Assembly: GCA_002245135.1 (NCBI GenBank)
Contig: NGBS01001213.1
Location: 1-39,538, forward strand
From: Proteromonas lacertae
Lineage: Eukaryota
Direction: 5' to 3'
DNA length: 39,538 nucleotides
The notes beneath the pieces are model-generated. The model did not search any database. It was given only the letters and a program-made list of their open reading frames with translations, and was not told the DNA's origin. The position numbers and the translations under genes were made by a program. Shown piece after piece: positions 24,615 to 35,389 of the stretch; position 1 is the stretch's first letter, and every line of letters begins with the position of its first letter.

Positions 24615-26535
24615 TCACAGAAATAATATATTAATTAAACAATTTATGCTAATAATAATTCCTCTTTTAACATTTTTGCTCTTTCATCTTTCAACATAAA
24701 ATATTTTACACATGCAAATACAATACTCAACACTACAGCAACTGATACCACAGTAATAATGATTGGCAAGGATATATTATTCTTTTTGTTGTTATTATCA
24801 TCATCAAATTTACATACATCAACATTTGCATCATAATATATAAAGAAATTCTATTGTAATTACAATTAATAAATAACATACAACAGAATATGGTTCTGCA
24901 GTCAGAGTTCCATTCATTTCTTTCTTTTCTACTTCATCAATACTTCCATCATCATTTATAGTGAATAATTTATTGTTTAAATTAATATCTTTACTATCTA
25001 ATCTGTCACTATTCAATTACAACAACAACAATAAATTAAAGAAAAAATATATGAAAGTAAGGAATAAAATAATAAAATGATATTTTATATTCATATCTAT
25101 TACTCTCCAAATTAATAATAGAATTATCATATGCATTTATTTCTACACTTTTATCATTCAAATTCATTACAACCACTACTATTCCACCACTAAATTCTTT
25201 CGAACAATCACTATAAACTCGAGTATATTCATCATTACTATAACTCGATAATACTTTATCACCTACTAACTTTTTATATAAATATAATATATAATAATCA
25301 GGTCTTGGTATATGGCTTTTTTCATTAGAAATTAAACTATAATATCCACCTACTAATGTTTGTCTGAAATTCATTTTTATTCCAATTTCAGCTAATGAAC
25401 TTAATTCATCAATATAATATAATGTATTTACATATCGATCACTGATATTTTCTTTTCCACTCATTGCAATTGAAGCTCCTTCACCCATACAGACGATTGT
25501 TTTTGGATTATACTCATTTACTAACTATTTCATTATATTACAAATAATTTATCATACTCTGGATGCTAATTCAGCTTTATTTCTATGTTTATTATGGAAT
25601 TCAGGTTTTAACATTTTATTCAATATATCATCATCTGTTCCATTTATATCATCTATAATTTAATAAAAATATAATTATATACAATTATGATAAGTAAAAA
25701 TATCCAAATTAAACTCTGAAGATATTAAAAATGGTCTTACAAATTCTTCATTTACATTATAAACATCAGCTCCAATCAGTTTTGGCTTTATGTTTGAGTC
25801 TTTCCATAACCTATTTAACTCATTGGACAGTATTTTATAATCTTCAATCATCTCGCCTACTGATAATATTATATCATTCTGATTACCTAATTCAAACCCA
25901 TAAATCATTCCATTTTCTACATATTTCTTTTCTTTTATATGATTAAGTAAATCGAATGTATTTTTATAATCCCATTTATTGTAGTTATATTTCTCATTGT
26001 CAAATCGTCCAATTAATTCATTTAATCCTAATATTAATTTACAATCTACTTCTTTACAGAAGTTGACTAATTCTTCTAATCTTGTAGTTGTTAAGCAATA
26101 ATCACCTGGACAGGCAAACGTTAAATTTAATAGTCTAAAACTAATAATACTATAAATATACTCCATTGTGGGTGAATTAGGAAAGTCATAAATCCAGAAA
26201 TTTCCTAATGTACCCCCAATTCTTAAATACGATGGTGACAATTCTATTAAATTGATAATAGTAACATCATAATACGCTTAGCGAGTGTTTTCAACTTAAG
26301 ATCACTTAAATCGATGAATAAAGCACTAGCATCTTTCCAACTAGGTGGTTGACCAATCACTGGTTGCCATAAGTCAAGTGTATATGATGCATATCTTTCA
26401 TCCACTGTGTGTGACACATAACTTGTTTTTATATCAATTTTCACTCCATACTATATAAATAATACTCTATTTTGATACCACTAGTGATGAGATAGTGAAA
26501 ATAAGAGAAAAAGTGAAGAAATAGTTTTTAAACAT
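24615..26535 (-). CDS. Glycoside hydrolase family 79 (heparanase/beta-glucuronidase-like), type I membrane protein
   Basis: Signal peptide MFKNYFFTFSLIFTISSLV; LSPSYLRIGGT; LILGLN; FELGNQ; FTYH; MGEGA; FRQTLVGGYYSL..PRPDYY...LYKKLVG; C-terminal TM IIITVVSVAVVLSIVFACV. Multiple short introns; the exact stop is uncertain (24615 or 24644). Confidence 0.9.
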
Positions 26536-26629
26536 CAGATATGGAACAACAATCAAAAAAGATTATCAAACCATTATCAAATCACTTTATCCGTTTTAAT
26601 TTTACTTAATTGAATAACTAGTGAAATAG

Positions 26630-27624
26630 ATGTGTGAGTTCTTTGATATTTTGAGTCAAAGACAGTCCATCTTGGACGAACTTAAAGAAGAAATATCGTA
26701 TAGTTATGAGTTATAATTGAATTAGTATTGCCGAAGAGAGAAAAGAGATGGAAATTCTAGCTGCTACAAATATACAAAGATGTTTTAAAGGACATGTGGT
26801 AAGAAAACTAATAAATGAACAAAATGCAGCTGCAATACAAATACAAAGATTAGCAAGATCTCTACTTGCTAGAGCATTTGTCAAGAATATAAGAGAACAA
26901 AAATTACAATATGAACAAACAATCTACTACCATTATATGTCAATATTAATACAAAAAGTGTTTAGAGCCTATTATTCTAGGCGATACATTCATGATTTCT
27001 ATGCTAGAAAACATTATATTGAAACAGTTGTTCAAACTAGTAATGATCTTAAAGATAAGATGGCTAAACACCTTGAAATACAATTAGAAGTATTATTTAT
27101 AATTATTTTTATCTATTTTTAATATATATAGAGAACTTATGAAGAAGATGCATTAAAACGACAAAAGGAATTTGAATATGTCACTTCCAACCTTCATCAC
27201 TTGGTTTCTACTAAGACAATTAGTGGAATTTATAATTCTCCGTTCTTAGCAAATCAAGGTGGAGTATATATATTTAATTTTAATTAATTACTAGGTTACA
27301 ACATATGGTCAACCAGTAGAAGGTTGTATAAAAACATCAACAATAAAAGCAGTTAGAAATACATTAAAACACCATAGAAAATCACTCAAGCCATATCAAT
27401 ATAATCCTTCTCCAAATTCTCATTTAACATTACGTCAAACAGCTCCATGGGGTATAGTAGAGAAAGAGACAAGAATAGATACTAAATTTAGTAAAATAAA
27501 ACGAATTACTCCTAGAGATTTTGTTGCAGGAACAAAAATACATTATCCGTTAGGTGAGAAGACTATTTTAGAATCAGATCCTTTTATTGATCCATGGAAA
27601 ATACCACAAGCAACAAAATCATAG
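26630..27624 (+). CDS. SPATA17: SPATA17/MOT17-like IQ-motif axonemal protein
   Basis: Three IQ motifs (IQRCFKGHVVR, IQRLARSLLAR, IQKVFRAYYSR), plus HDFYARK and LHHLVSTKTISGIYNSPF. Three introns (26698-26725, ~27090-27132, ~27264-27294). Confidence 0.85.
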
Positions 27625-27822
27625 AATAAGGATATAATTAAACAGTATTTATATATAAAAATTAAAAAATAGAATGTTTTTTAATTGTTCTTTTTATTTA
27701 ATCATCAATAAATAAATAAACAATAATCTAATAATAGAATTAAAACATATTTTTTAAAATAAAAACAACATAATTTTATTGTGAATATAAATATGTATAA
27801 CAATAACAATAACAACATTTTT

Positions 27823-28829
27823 TTACTTCTTCTGTTTTTTAAAATTATTCTTTTGATTTGGTTTATTTTTACCTTCAAAACCTGCTCTCTTTCTCTTTTC
27901 ACCTCTTTTTTCTTTATCATCTGTTCTATCATCATTTGTTTTTTCTTTATTATTATTGTTTTTACCTTTTTGTTGTTGTTGTTGTTGTTGTTGATATCTT
28001 CTATTCCATTCTTTAGAACTTTTCTTTTTTTTATTCTCTTTTCTTTTTAATGTTTTCTTTAGTAACTTTGGATCATCTTTTATCTTTTCACCAGATGCTC
28101 TTGCTATTGCTTTTTCAAATTCAATATTTTCTATCACTTTTTTTCCTTCTTCTGTCTGTGAAAGCTTTTTCATGTGATTTTGTTTCTTTTCAGCTTCATC
28201 TATGAGCTTTCTGAGATTGACTTTCTTTGGTTTGTAGAGATATGTATCTGATGGAGCATCATCTAATGAAAATTTTGAAAATTGAGTGTGATCAATGACT
28301 TCATCTATTCTAGGGGTTGGTAATAAGTTTGGAGATTTTATTGGATTTATTAAAGGTGATACTTTTATTTTTGGTTTCTTATCTATTTGAAAATTTATAA
28401 TTAATAGTTGAAATACTCTTTTCTGCTGGAGGTGTTGGTATTGATTTTCGTTTAATCGCTAGTTGCTTCATTTTTTCATCAAAAGCTTTTTTATTTCCTG
28501 GTTTATTAGGTGTTATTTTATTATTTTTATTGTCTAATGATAATGATGTGTTGGCTGATTTATTCTTCTGTTTCTTATCGTCTTTTCGTTTATTCTTTTG
28601 ATTCTTCTTATTCTGATTCTTAGATGGCGTTTGGGCTGTATTTTCAGCTTGTTTTTTCTATTTTTAATAGTACATTTGACAATACATAGTGTTGCTTCAC
28701 ATAGGCTGGTATTCTTGAAGATCCTTCATTATCACTTGTGTCATCTGGTATATAATAGTGTTCTTTTGGTATAATATTCACAAGATCATCAAAAAATTGA
28801 CATTCTTTAAGAATGTCTTCTAATTCCAT
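27823..28829 (-). CDS. SURF6: SURF6/Rrp14 nucleolar ribosome biogenesis protein
   Basis: N-terminal FFDDLVNIIPKEHY (Rrp14-N) and C-terminal KAIARASGEKIKDDPKLLKKTLKRKENKKKKSSKEWNRR...RAGFEG. Two short introns. Confidence 0.93.
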
Positions 28830-28867
28830 TTACTAAATGATAAAAAAAATAAAGAAATGCAAAATTT

Positions 28868-28876
28868 GGCTTGATT
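28868..28876. promoter_or_regulatory. GGCTTGATT (reverse complement AATCAAGCC) candidate promoter motif upstream of SURF6
   Basis: Exact 9-mer 39 bp upstream of ATG 28829. Confidence 0.45.
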
Positions 28877-28924
28877 AAAAAACTGTCTAATCATAGTAAA
28901 ATAATTCTTTATTAAATAACAACC

Positions 28925-28932
28925 AACAAACA
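28925..28932 (-). promoter_or_regulatory. TGTTTGTT downstream polyadenylation motif (SET gene 3' end)
   Basis: aacaaaca on the + strand, about 27 nt after the minus-strand stop at 28959. Confidence 0.5.
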
Positions 28933-28958
28933 CATATTTACATAGTCATTTCTTATAT

Positions 28959-31810
28959 TTATAGTTCTGGTTCAGTATGATCAATTTTATACTTAATAAA
29001 ATCTAAAGTATCCTTCATCAATGTCTTTTCATCAATTCTATACTTTATAATTCTCTTCATTACCTCATCACTAGTAATTTCTCTATTTTACATTATATAA
29101 AATAATAATATATACAACAATCTCTTCTCATCTTCAATATTCAATCTATAAGCTCTTTGATATGATCTTAAATATTCATCTAGAGCAACATAAAACTTAT
29201 GATCCTCTTTGCTATATTCCAAATCATTAATAATGCTGAAATAGAATAAGAAATCATCGCTCATTGCTGTATCTGATATACAGAAACTGTGTCCACGTGG
29301 ATCTAAGCCTAATTTCCTGATTTTTTCACTCTTTTTCTATTTATATATAAATAAGAAAAATGAGTATTAATTAGATTTAGAAAAAAAGTGATATATATAT
29401 ATAAATACTCTATATAATGGATCTTTAGGATTAGCATTCAATTGTACATACAAACAATTATGATTATTTATATCCAATGTAAATCCATGATATTCAAAAT
29501 ATATATAATTCGGTTGACCATAATCTTCCAACAACTGTTCGCCCTTTTTAAAATTCCAAGCTGCTTTAGTTTCTGCTACTTTTGTACGATAATTAAACTT
29601 TGTTGTATGTACTCGTCCTTCCGGTAATGGATTTTGACCACAATTTATTGTATCTAACATTGGAACTAAGTGTCTTTCATTATCCCACCAAATTGAACGT
29701 GAATCTAAGATTGCTGTTGCCCATTTGTAATTCTCCCAAGTGTAAACATCTGGTGGAAAATATTGAGGATATACACTGAATATAAGTTCTTGAAAATCTT
29801 GAAATCTTAACATAATCTCTTGTTTGTAGTTGAATATTGGTGTATAGATGAGCGTTTCTTTGATTTCTTTGAGTTGATCATCTGTGTAGTAGAGTGGGAA
29901 TTCTAATTCGTCAGGTTGTGGGAGGATATCGAGATAAGGTCTCCATTTGGAATGAGGATTGATGAATTTCTCATAACTATATTAAATATATATATATAAG
30001 AAGATTAGATAGAAAAAAAAGATTTATATATAAAAGAGTAAAATAATAAGAAAAAATACTTAATAAATAATACATTAAAAAGAATGTCAAATCGGTGGTA
30101 TGATCATGATAATTATAATCATGTTCAATTGTATCTAATACAGGACCAATTGTACTATTTCTAGCCACTAAATAATCCATAATAATCTCATTAGGAACAG
30201 TTAAATAAATATCATTCTCATTCACATCTCTAGTAGTTATAGCACCAATTCTCATTCCAGGAATAGTGGAAACTTCTAAATTATTTATCTTTGGATTGTG
30301 ACTGTTAAACCACTCATTGAATCTTTTCAGCTTAACTTCTAATGGATAGTTTACCTGTTGATATTTTTCTTGATAAGGATGTAATGATGTTTGTAAGATT
30401 TTGCAACTTTCCTTAAGTGTTCGCTTTTGACTAATTCTATATTGAATTGCTAATTTCATATTAATACTCAATTTTTCATCTTTTAATAATTCAAAATCTT
30501 TTTCAATTGTTGTAGGATATTCATCTATTTTTTTCTGTAAATATTGCATTAACATTTGATTTGCTTCATAATGATTGGCTTGTGATGTTTCAGCGAAAAA
30601 GCATTTATATTTCACATCATGTGTGAATTGTCCTTTTCCAATTTCTCTTTTCATTTTAACACACTCTTTTGCTGCTTCACTTGTCATTGTTAATGATAAC
30701 ATATATATCTGTAATGTCTTACGCAATACTTCACTCGATCTAACACACATTTCTTGATAACCTGCCAAGCCAAGTTCAGTAAGTAATAATAACTGTCCTG
30801 AATAGTCAGGATTATCATCTTTTTGTAAATCTGGGTATTTCATCTTTACACAGTCAAATGGATTGTTAATTGGAACAAATCCATGATAATCGATGTAAAG
30901 TGCATTAGTCATATCTCCATAATCTTCAAATGCTTGAGTTTCGAATTGTGTATAACGATCAGCATAGACTTAGAGGAAATTAAAGAAATTTTGAAAATTT
31001 GATTTAAAAAAATGATATAATAAATTTATCATCTCTAATTTGATGGTATTTTCCATAATTTTCACCATCATTTGCTATCCTTACTCTCAAGTCAGAATTA
31101 TAATTAAAAACATCAGCTAAAGGGACTAGATATCGTTTCCCTTCAATTGTCAATGCTCTACTGCAAATAATAGAGATAGCCCAATAATATCTATCAATAG
31201 TAGCATATTGATCAACTAATTCAGGAATATCATTGAAAAAAATTGAAAGAATATTCTTTAGTTTAAATGTCAGAAATTTCTTCTCATAGGATGATTTTTC
31301 TTTCTTTATACTTGTTTTTCTCTCTTCATTCTGTAACGCATCTAATTCTTCATCATTGAAGTAAATTCCAATAGGAACGTGTTCTGGTAGGATTTTGAGA
31401 TAGTCATACCATAAACTTGCATTTTTTCTTGCTGTTTCTCTCATTAAAAACATACTAATGACATCTTCATCTTCTAAACCTGATAATTTGTTTTTCTTAT
31501 CAACTGGAAACATTTTTAATATTGTTTCTTTGCATCTATTAATTCGATATATGTAATTATTATATACATAACACGTTTCATTGGTGCTTCTATTAGAAGA
31601 TCATCTCTATTTACATCCTCAGTTGCTTTAATACCATTACCATATTCTTCTCCGAAATTTTCAACTGTGATCTTTGGATGTTTGACTATGTTAGTAAAAT
31701 AGTTTAGTAATTATACATTTTTCATCATCCAACCATCTTAAAAAATCTTTAACTCCTTCATCCTCACACAAAATTAATGTGCACAGTGATAATAATAAGA
31801 ATAAATGCAT
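28959..31810 (-). CDS. Tandem SET-domain (Rubisco-LSMT/SETD3-SETD6 class) methyltransferase-like protein with a signal peptide and C-terminal EPEL
   Basis: Starts MHLFLLLSLCTLILCEDEGVKDFLRWL. SET1: GNGIKAT...WYDYLKILP...WAISIICSRA...LVPLADVFNY...EDYGDMTN...YHGF. SET2: MRIGAITT...WRPYLDILP...WATAILDSR...LVPMLDTINC...EDYGQPN...YHGF. Ends KIDHTEPEL*. About 6 introns. Confidence 0.88.
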
Positions 31811-32008
31811 TTTTTCAATTGGGTTGAATTTAATGAAAAATAATACCCATGTGTTTTTCATAAACCAGAATATTAAAAAATCATTTCATTCACTAAACAA
31901 AACAAATTATACATAAAACAATTCTTTAATATTACATTTTATTTTTTATAAATATGATTTTATGTTAAAGATTATATCACTAACAATATGTGTTATTTTA
32001 GATAAAAA

Positions 32009-32340
32009 TCAAACTTTATCAGTAGACAATGCACCACCAACATCATCTCCACCAATATAATCAAATCCAATCAATTGCTCTTCCCATTCTGTGTCCAATC
32101 TCTGTAATTTTGGTTCAAAAGGCCTGTTATCATGAGAAACAGAACGAAGATCTTTCTCATCAACATTTATATATTATAGAGGATATGAATAAACAGGATA
32201 TTTAGTGTTCCTATACCCAAAATATCCAGTTCTGTTGAATAATTTTGCGGAAAAGTTCTACATCATAATCAGTATAGCTGTACAAATCTATAGTTTTTCT
32301 CTACAGTAGCAAAGCCCCGTAGTAGAACAGCTCACTACAT
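32009..32340 (-). pseudogene. Disrupted small gene with a mitochondrial-presequence-like N-terminus
   Basis: ATG(32340)-TAG-TGA-AVLLRGFATVEKNYRF, then a 26-nt GT-AG intron (32258-32283), then NFSAKLFNRTGYFGYRNTKYP..., an in-frame TAA at 32174, and VDEKDLRSVSHDNRPFEPKLQRLDTEWEEQLIGFDYIGGDDVGGALSTDKV*. Confidence 0.45.
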
Positions 32341-32350
32341 CTATAAGTCA

Positions 32351-32365
32351 CTAACCCTAACCCTA
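32351..32365 (+). repeat. Short telomere-type repeat CTAACCCTAACCCTA (2.5 x TAACCC)
   Basis: Directly visible; the only such tract noticed in the window. Confidence 0.75.
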
Positions 32366-32567
32366 GTTAGATCTATTTAATCATTATTATGTAATTATTT
32401 TTTTATAATATTTGATGCATAAATCATCAAAAACATCAAGAATTTATCAAATGAATGATAAATCATCAAATAAATCAATTTTATTTTAACAATATAAAAA
32501 TTGCATCTTGAATTCATTCGACATTTTCCTGAACTTTTCAGCATAAAATATTTTTTGCTTTATTAAC

Positions 32568-33221
32568 ATGTCTCACTTACATCAAATTGTTTACGTATCT
32601 GATAGTGATAGTGATACAGATAGTGATTATGAGAGAGATATTGATAGTATCTCTAATCCTAAAATCAGAAAAATTTGTAAGACAATTTATTTAGAAGATA
32701 AGGCTGCTGGTATCAAAAGACCAAAATATAGTATAACTTATATTATATTATAATTCATAGGTATACCAGTCACAGGTCGTCCATTCAATCCCTTCAACCC
32801 TTATGGTTTATCTATTAAGATTGAATCACCCAATGGTGAGCCACCAAAAGATGAATCACCATTATACTCACCAACAACTCCACCTGATACAGAATCGAAT
32901 GTTAGGCGTTTAATCAACTTTACTGTTCAAGAGCCTCCTCCACCACAGGACACTTTAACTTATGAGGAGATAAAGAAGCTGAGAAACGAGAGTTTAGTTG
33001 GTAATAGAATTAGAAACGGAAGAAAGAGAGCAAAGGCTGCCAGAGAAGAGTTATCGTTCAAAGCAGCAGCTGACGTAAATTTAGCTTTGGATCTTCAAAG
33101 GTATTATGATACAGTTTTTAAGAAGAAGGAGTTGGAAGATAAGTTGTTTAAGCATCATAACTTAGATACAAAACTGTTGAAGAATATCACTAAGAAGGTA
33201 TTACAGATAAAAAATAATTAA
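32568..33221 (+). CDS. Hypothetical protein (207 aa; acidic N-terminus, Pro-rich middle, basic helical C-terminus)
   Basis: A 30-nt intron at 32731-32760 (gtataac...tcatag) joins ORF 32568 to a reading frame open to TAA 33221. Confidence 0.75.
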
Positions 33222-33265
33222 CTTTTATTATCAATACTTACTATAATTTGAAATTGTTTTATATT

Positions 33266-33584
33266 GAAAATTCATCTCTCATAGTATGATCTGTATATAT
33301 ATAATCTTTATTATTTTTGATCTATTATATTTGTCTATGTATAAGATTCTATTATTGATAATATCAAGTTAAAAGAAGAAGATTTAATATATTGATGAAA
33401 TAGAAAAATTGAATAATCAGTGAGAAAATTCATCTATCATAGTATGATCTGTATATATATAATCTTTATTATTTTTGATCTATTATATTTGTCTATGTAT
33501 AAGATTCTATTATTGATAATATCAAGTTAAAAGAAGAAGATTTAATATATTGATGAAATAGAAAAATTGAATAATCAGTGAGAA
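33266..33584 (+). repeat. Tandem direct duplication, 158-bp unit x2
   Basis: 33266-33423 and 33424-33581 are identical apart from one substitution seen (ctctc vs ctatc). Confidence 0.95.
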
Positions 33585-33673
33585 CTTTGTTTTGTCTTTA
33601 TTTTATAATTGAATTTTTCGATAAGATTTTCATTTTCTTTTTTCTTGTATTTTTTGATTATTAAAATAAAAGA

Positions 33674-34387
33674 ATGAATCCAATTCTTGAAAATGACTCA
33701 AATACAAATCCATTTGATTTAGAAAGAAGAGATAATAAATGTCGAAAATGTAATCAATATTATCCAATAAATGATTTTATGAATGACAAAGGTAAACAAT
33801 GTCAAATGTGTAGCAAATGCAGAGAAGAAAAAAGAATAAGTGTTTCTAATTATAGAAAAATAAAAAATGAAATATCTGATACTGATATAAAAGATATAAA
33901 TGATGAAAATGATTCAAATACAATTCCTTATAATTTAGTTAGCAGACCTAAAATATGCTCAAGATGTAATAAAAATAAACCAATAGATGATTTTAAGAAT
34001 GAAAAAGGTAAAGAATATAAAATGTGTAGTACTTGCAGAAAATATAAAAGAGAAAAAGCTTCTAATAATATTATAGAAAATGAATTATCTGATATTAATA
34101 TGGAAGATGCAGCTATTGATGATAAATTTAGATGTTTTAACTGTGATGGATGTTATAATGATAAATATAATGCATTTGTTATAAAAGATTTATGTAAAAT
34201 GTGTTTTAAATTTCAACAAAATTATTTATATAATAGAAAGAGATATTCTAATGAAGAATTAAGTGATGATGAACAGAGATGTTATATTTGCAGAAAAATA
34301 AAACACAAAGCAAAGATGCAGTATAATAATAAGTGTCATAAATGTGTAAGACATTATTTGCATAAACTAAATAAAAAAGCTATATAA
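33674..34387 (+). CDS. C4 zinc-ribbon repeat protein (4 CxxC-CxxC pairs, internal duplication)
   Basis: KCRKCN..PINDF.N.KGK..MCSKCR and ICSRCN..KPIDDF.NEKGK..MCSTCR, plus two divergent pairs; intronless. Confidence 0.8.
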   Translation: MNPILENDSNTNPFDLERRDNKCRKCNQYYPINDFMNDKGKQCQMCSKCREEKRISVSNYRKIKNEISDTDIKDINDENDSNTIPYNLVSRPKICSRCNKNKPIDDFKNEKGKEYKMCSTCRKYKREKASNNIIENELSDINMEDAAIDDKFRCFNCDGCYNDKYNAFVIKDLCKMCFKFQQNYLYNRKRYSNEELSDDEQRCYICRKIKHKAKMQYNNKCHKCVRHYLHKLNKKAI

Positions 34388-34495
34388 CACTTATATAAAA
34401 ACATTGGTTTTCATTTATTCATTTTATTAGTTTCTTTTATATTTTCATATTAATTTCACTAGTCTTTTTCTTACAAACTATTTATTATTTATAAC

Positions 34496-35389
34496 ATGAA
34501 TTCAGAACCAAATTATAATAACATTAGTAGCAATGATGAATCAAATATTCTTCATTCTATTGCTTCAACAAACAAGCATGATAATGCATTATGTAAAGAA
34601 GATGGAGATGTCATAAACACCAAAAGAAGTTGCTATTCCAAAGAAAAAGATGATACTTTATACAATAATGTTAATGTAACTCAATGGAAGAAATTGTTAA
34701 TATTATCTGATAATGTTTATAAATTTATAGAAGAAAAGATAAATAATTGTTACAATAAGAATGATTCATCAGTATATAGCGAATATGCCATTTCAAGATA
34801 TATTAATGCTCTTAATAATTTCTTTACATCTTTAGTGAATAATAATAGTTATATAAATAATATTATTTTTGAGGAAATTGATGATGCATTAAATATACCG
34901 CCTGTTAGCGTAGGCAATAATATTAATATTGATTCAAAAATATTATTTAACATTAAAAGAAAAAGAAATTCTAATAATGATAACTCCATCAAGAGAAAGA
35001 GAAACACTAAAAGAAAAAACATAAATGATTCTTCTAAGAATATATCAAATGAAATAGATTCTGCGCAACAAAAAGACTATCTTCAGATAGACCAAATTGA
35101 ATCAAAAAGCCAAGAAAATATTAATATTGATGATTTAATTAATCAGCCACCTGTATTGCCTATAAATACATTTCATAAAACAAATATTGAAGATACAAAG
35201 AATAATCTAATTGTTAATGAAAACGAAACTAATATAGAGAATATAAAAGATAAAATAGAGACATTGCAGCAACACCTTAATCAATACAGAGGATGTGAAA
35301 TTTATTCAAACTCATATGATGATTCAAATAATATTGAATTTAGTCCAATTCTATGTAATGATATGTTAAATTTAAGTGATATATGGTAA
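34496..35389 (+). CDS. Hypothetical Asn-rich protein with an NLS-like KRKR...KRKR segment
   Basis: 297-aa intronless ATG ORF; no domain recognised. Confidence 0.65.
   Translation: MNSEPNYNNISSNDESNILHSIASTNKHDNALCKEDGDVINTKRSCYSKEKDDTLYNNVNVTQWKKLLILSDNVYKFIEEKINNCYNKNDSSVYSEYAISRYINALNNFFTSLVNNNSYINNIIFEEIDDALNIPPVSVGNNINIDSKILFNIKRKRNSNNDNSIKRKRNTKRKNINDSSKNISNEIDSAQQKDYLQIDQIESKSQENINIDDLINQPPVLPINTFHKTNIEDTKNNLIVNENETNIENIKDKIETLQQHLNQYRGCEIYSNSYDDSNNIEFSPILCNDMLNLSDIW

Noticed and set aside
27705..28050. ORFs 27781-28050 (+) and 27705-27935 (-)
   Set aside because: Antisense or alternative-frame shadows of the Lys-rich SURF6 C-terminus.
11518..28961. Stop codons created by polyadenylation
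   Set aside because: Every gene next to a TGTTTGTT motif already has a genomic stop codon upstream of it.
446..30757. Short ORFs opposite or overlapping real genes (446, 5105, 8415, 11481, 16787, 17594, 17748, 19842, 20076, 20209, 23255, 25731, 29442, 30575)
   Set aside because: They overlap well-supported genes and have no recognisable motifs.
11667..31810. Alternative genetic code (stop reassignment) to explain the fragmented ORFs
   Set aside because: Nearly all breaks are resolved by short GT-AG introns, and the long ORFs and gene ends use TAA, TAG and TGA normally.
32333..32366. CACTA transposon terminus (CACTA at 32333 and 32349) or Helitron CTAG end
   Set aside because: These are 4-5-nt matches with no partner TIR, TSD, hairpin or transposase in the window, so they cannot be supported.
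32260..32405. Telomerase RNA gene (CTAACCCTAAC template followed by a T-run)
   Set aside because: The tract is 2.5 repeats, only about 35 nt separate it from the T-run, no convincing pseudoknot was seen, and the upstream part reads as a minus-strand coding remnant.
33266..33584. CRISPR array or LTR pair
   Set aside because: Two abutting copies with no spacers and no internal region; the context is eukaryotic.
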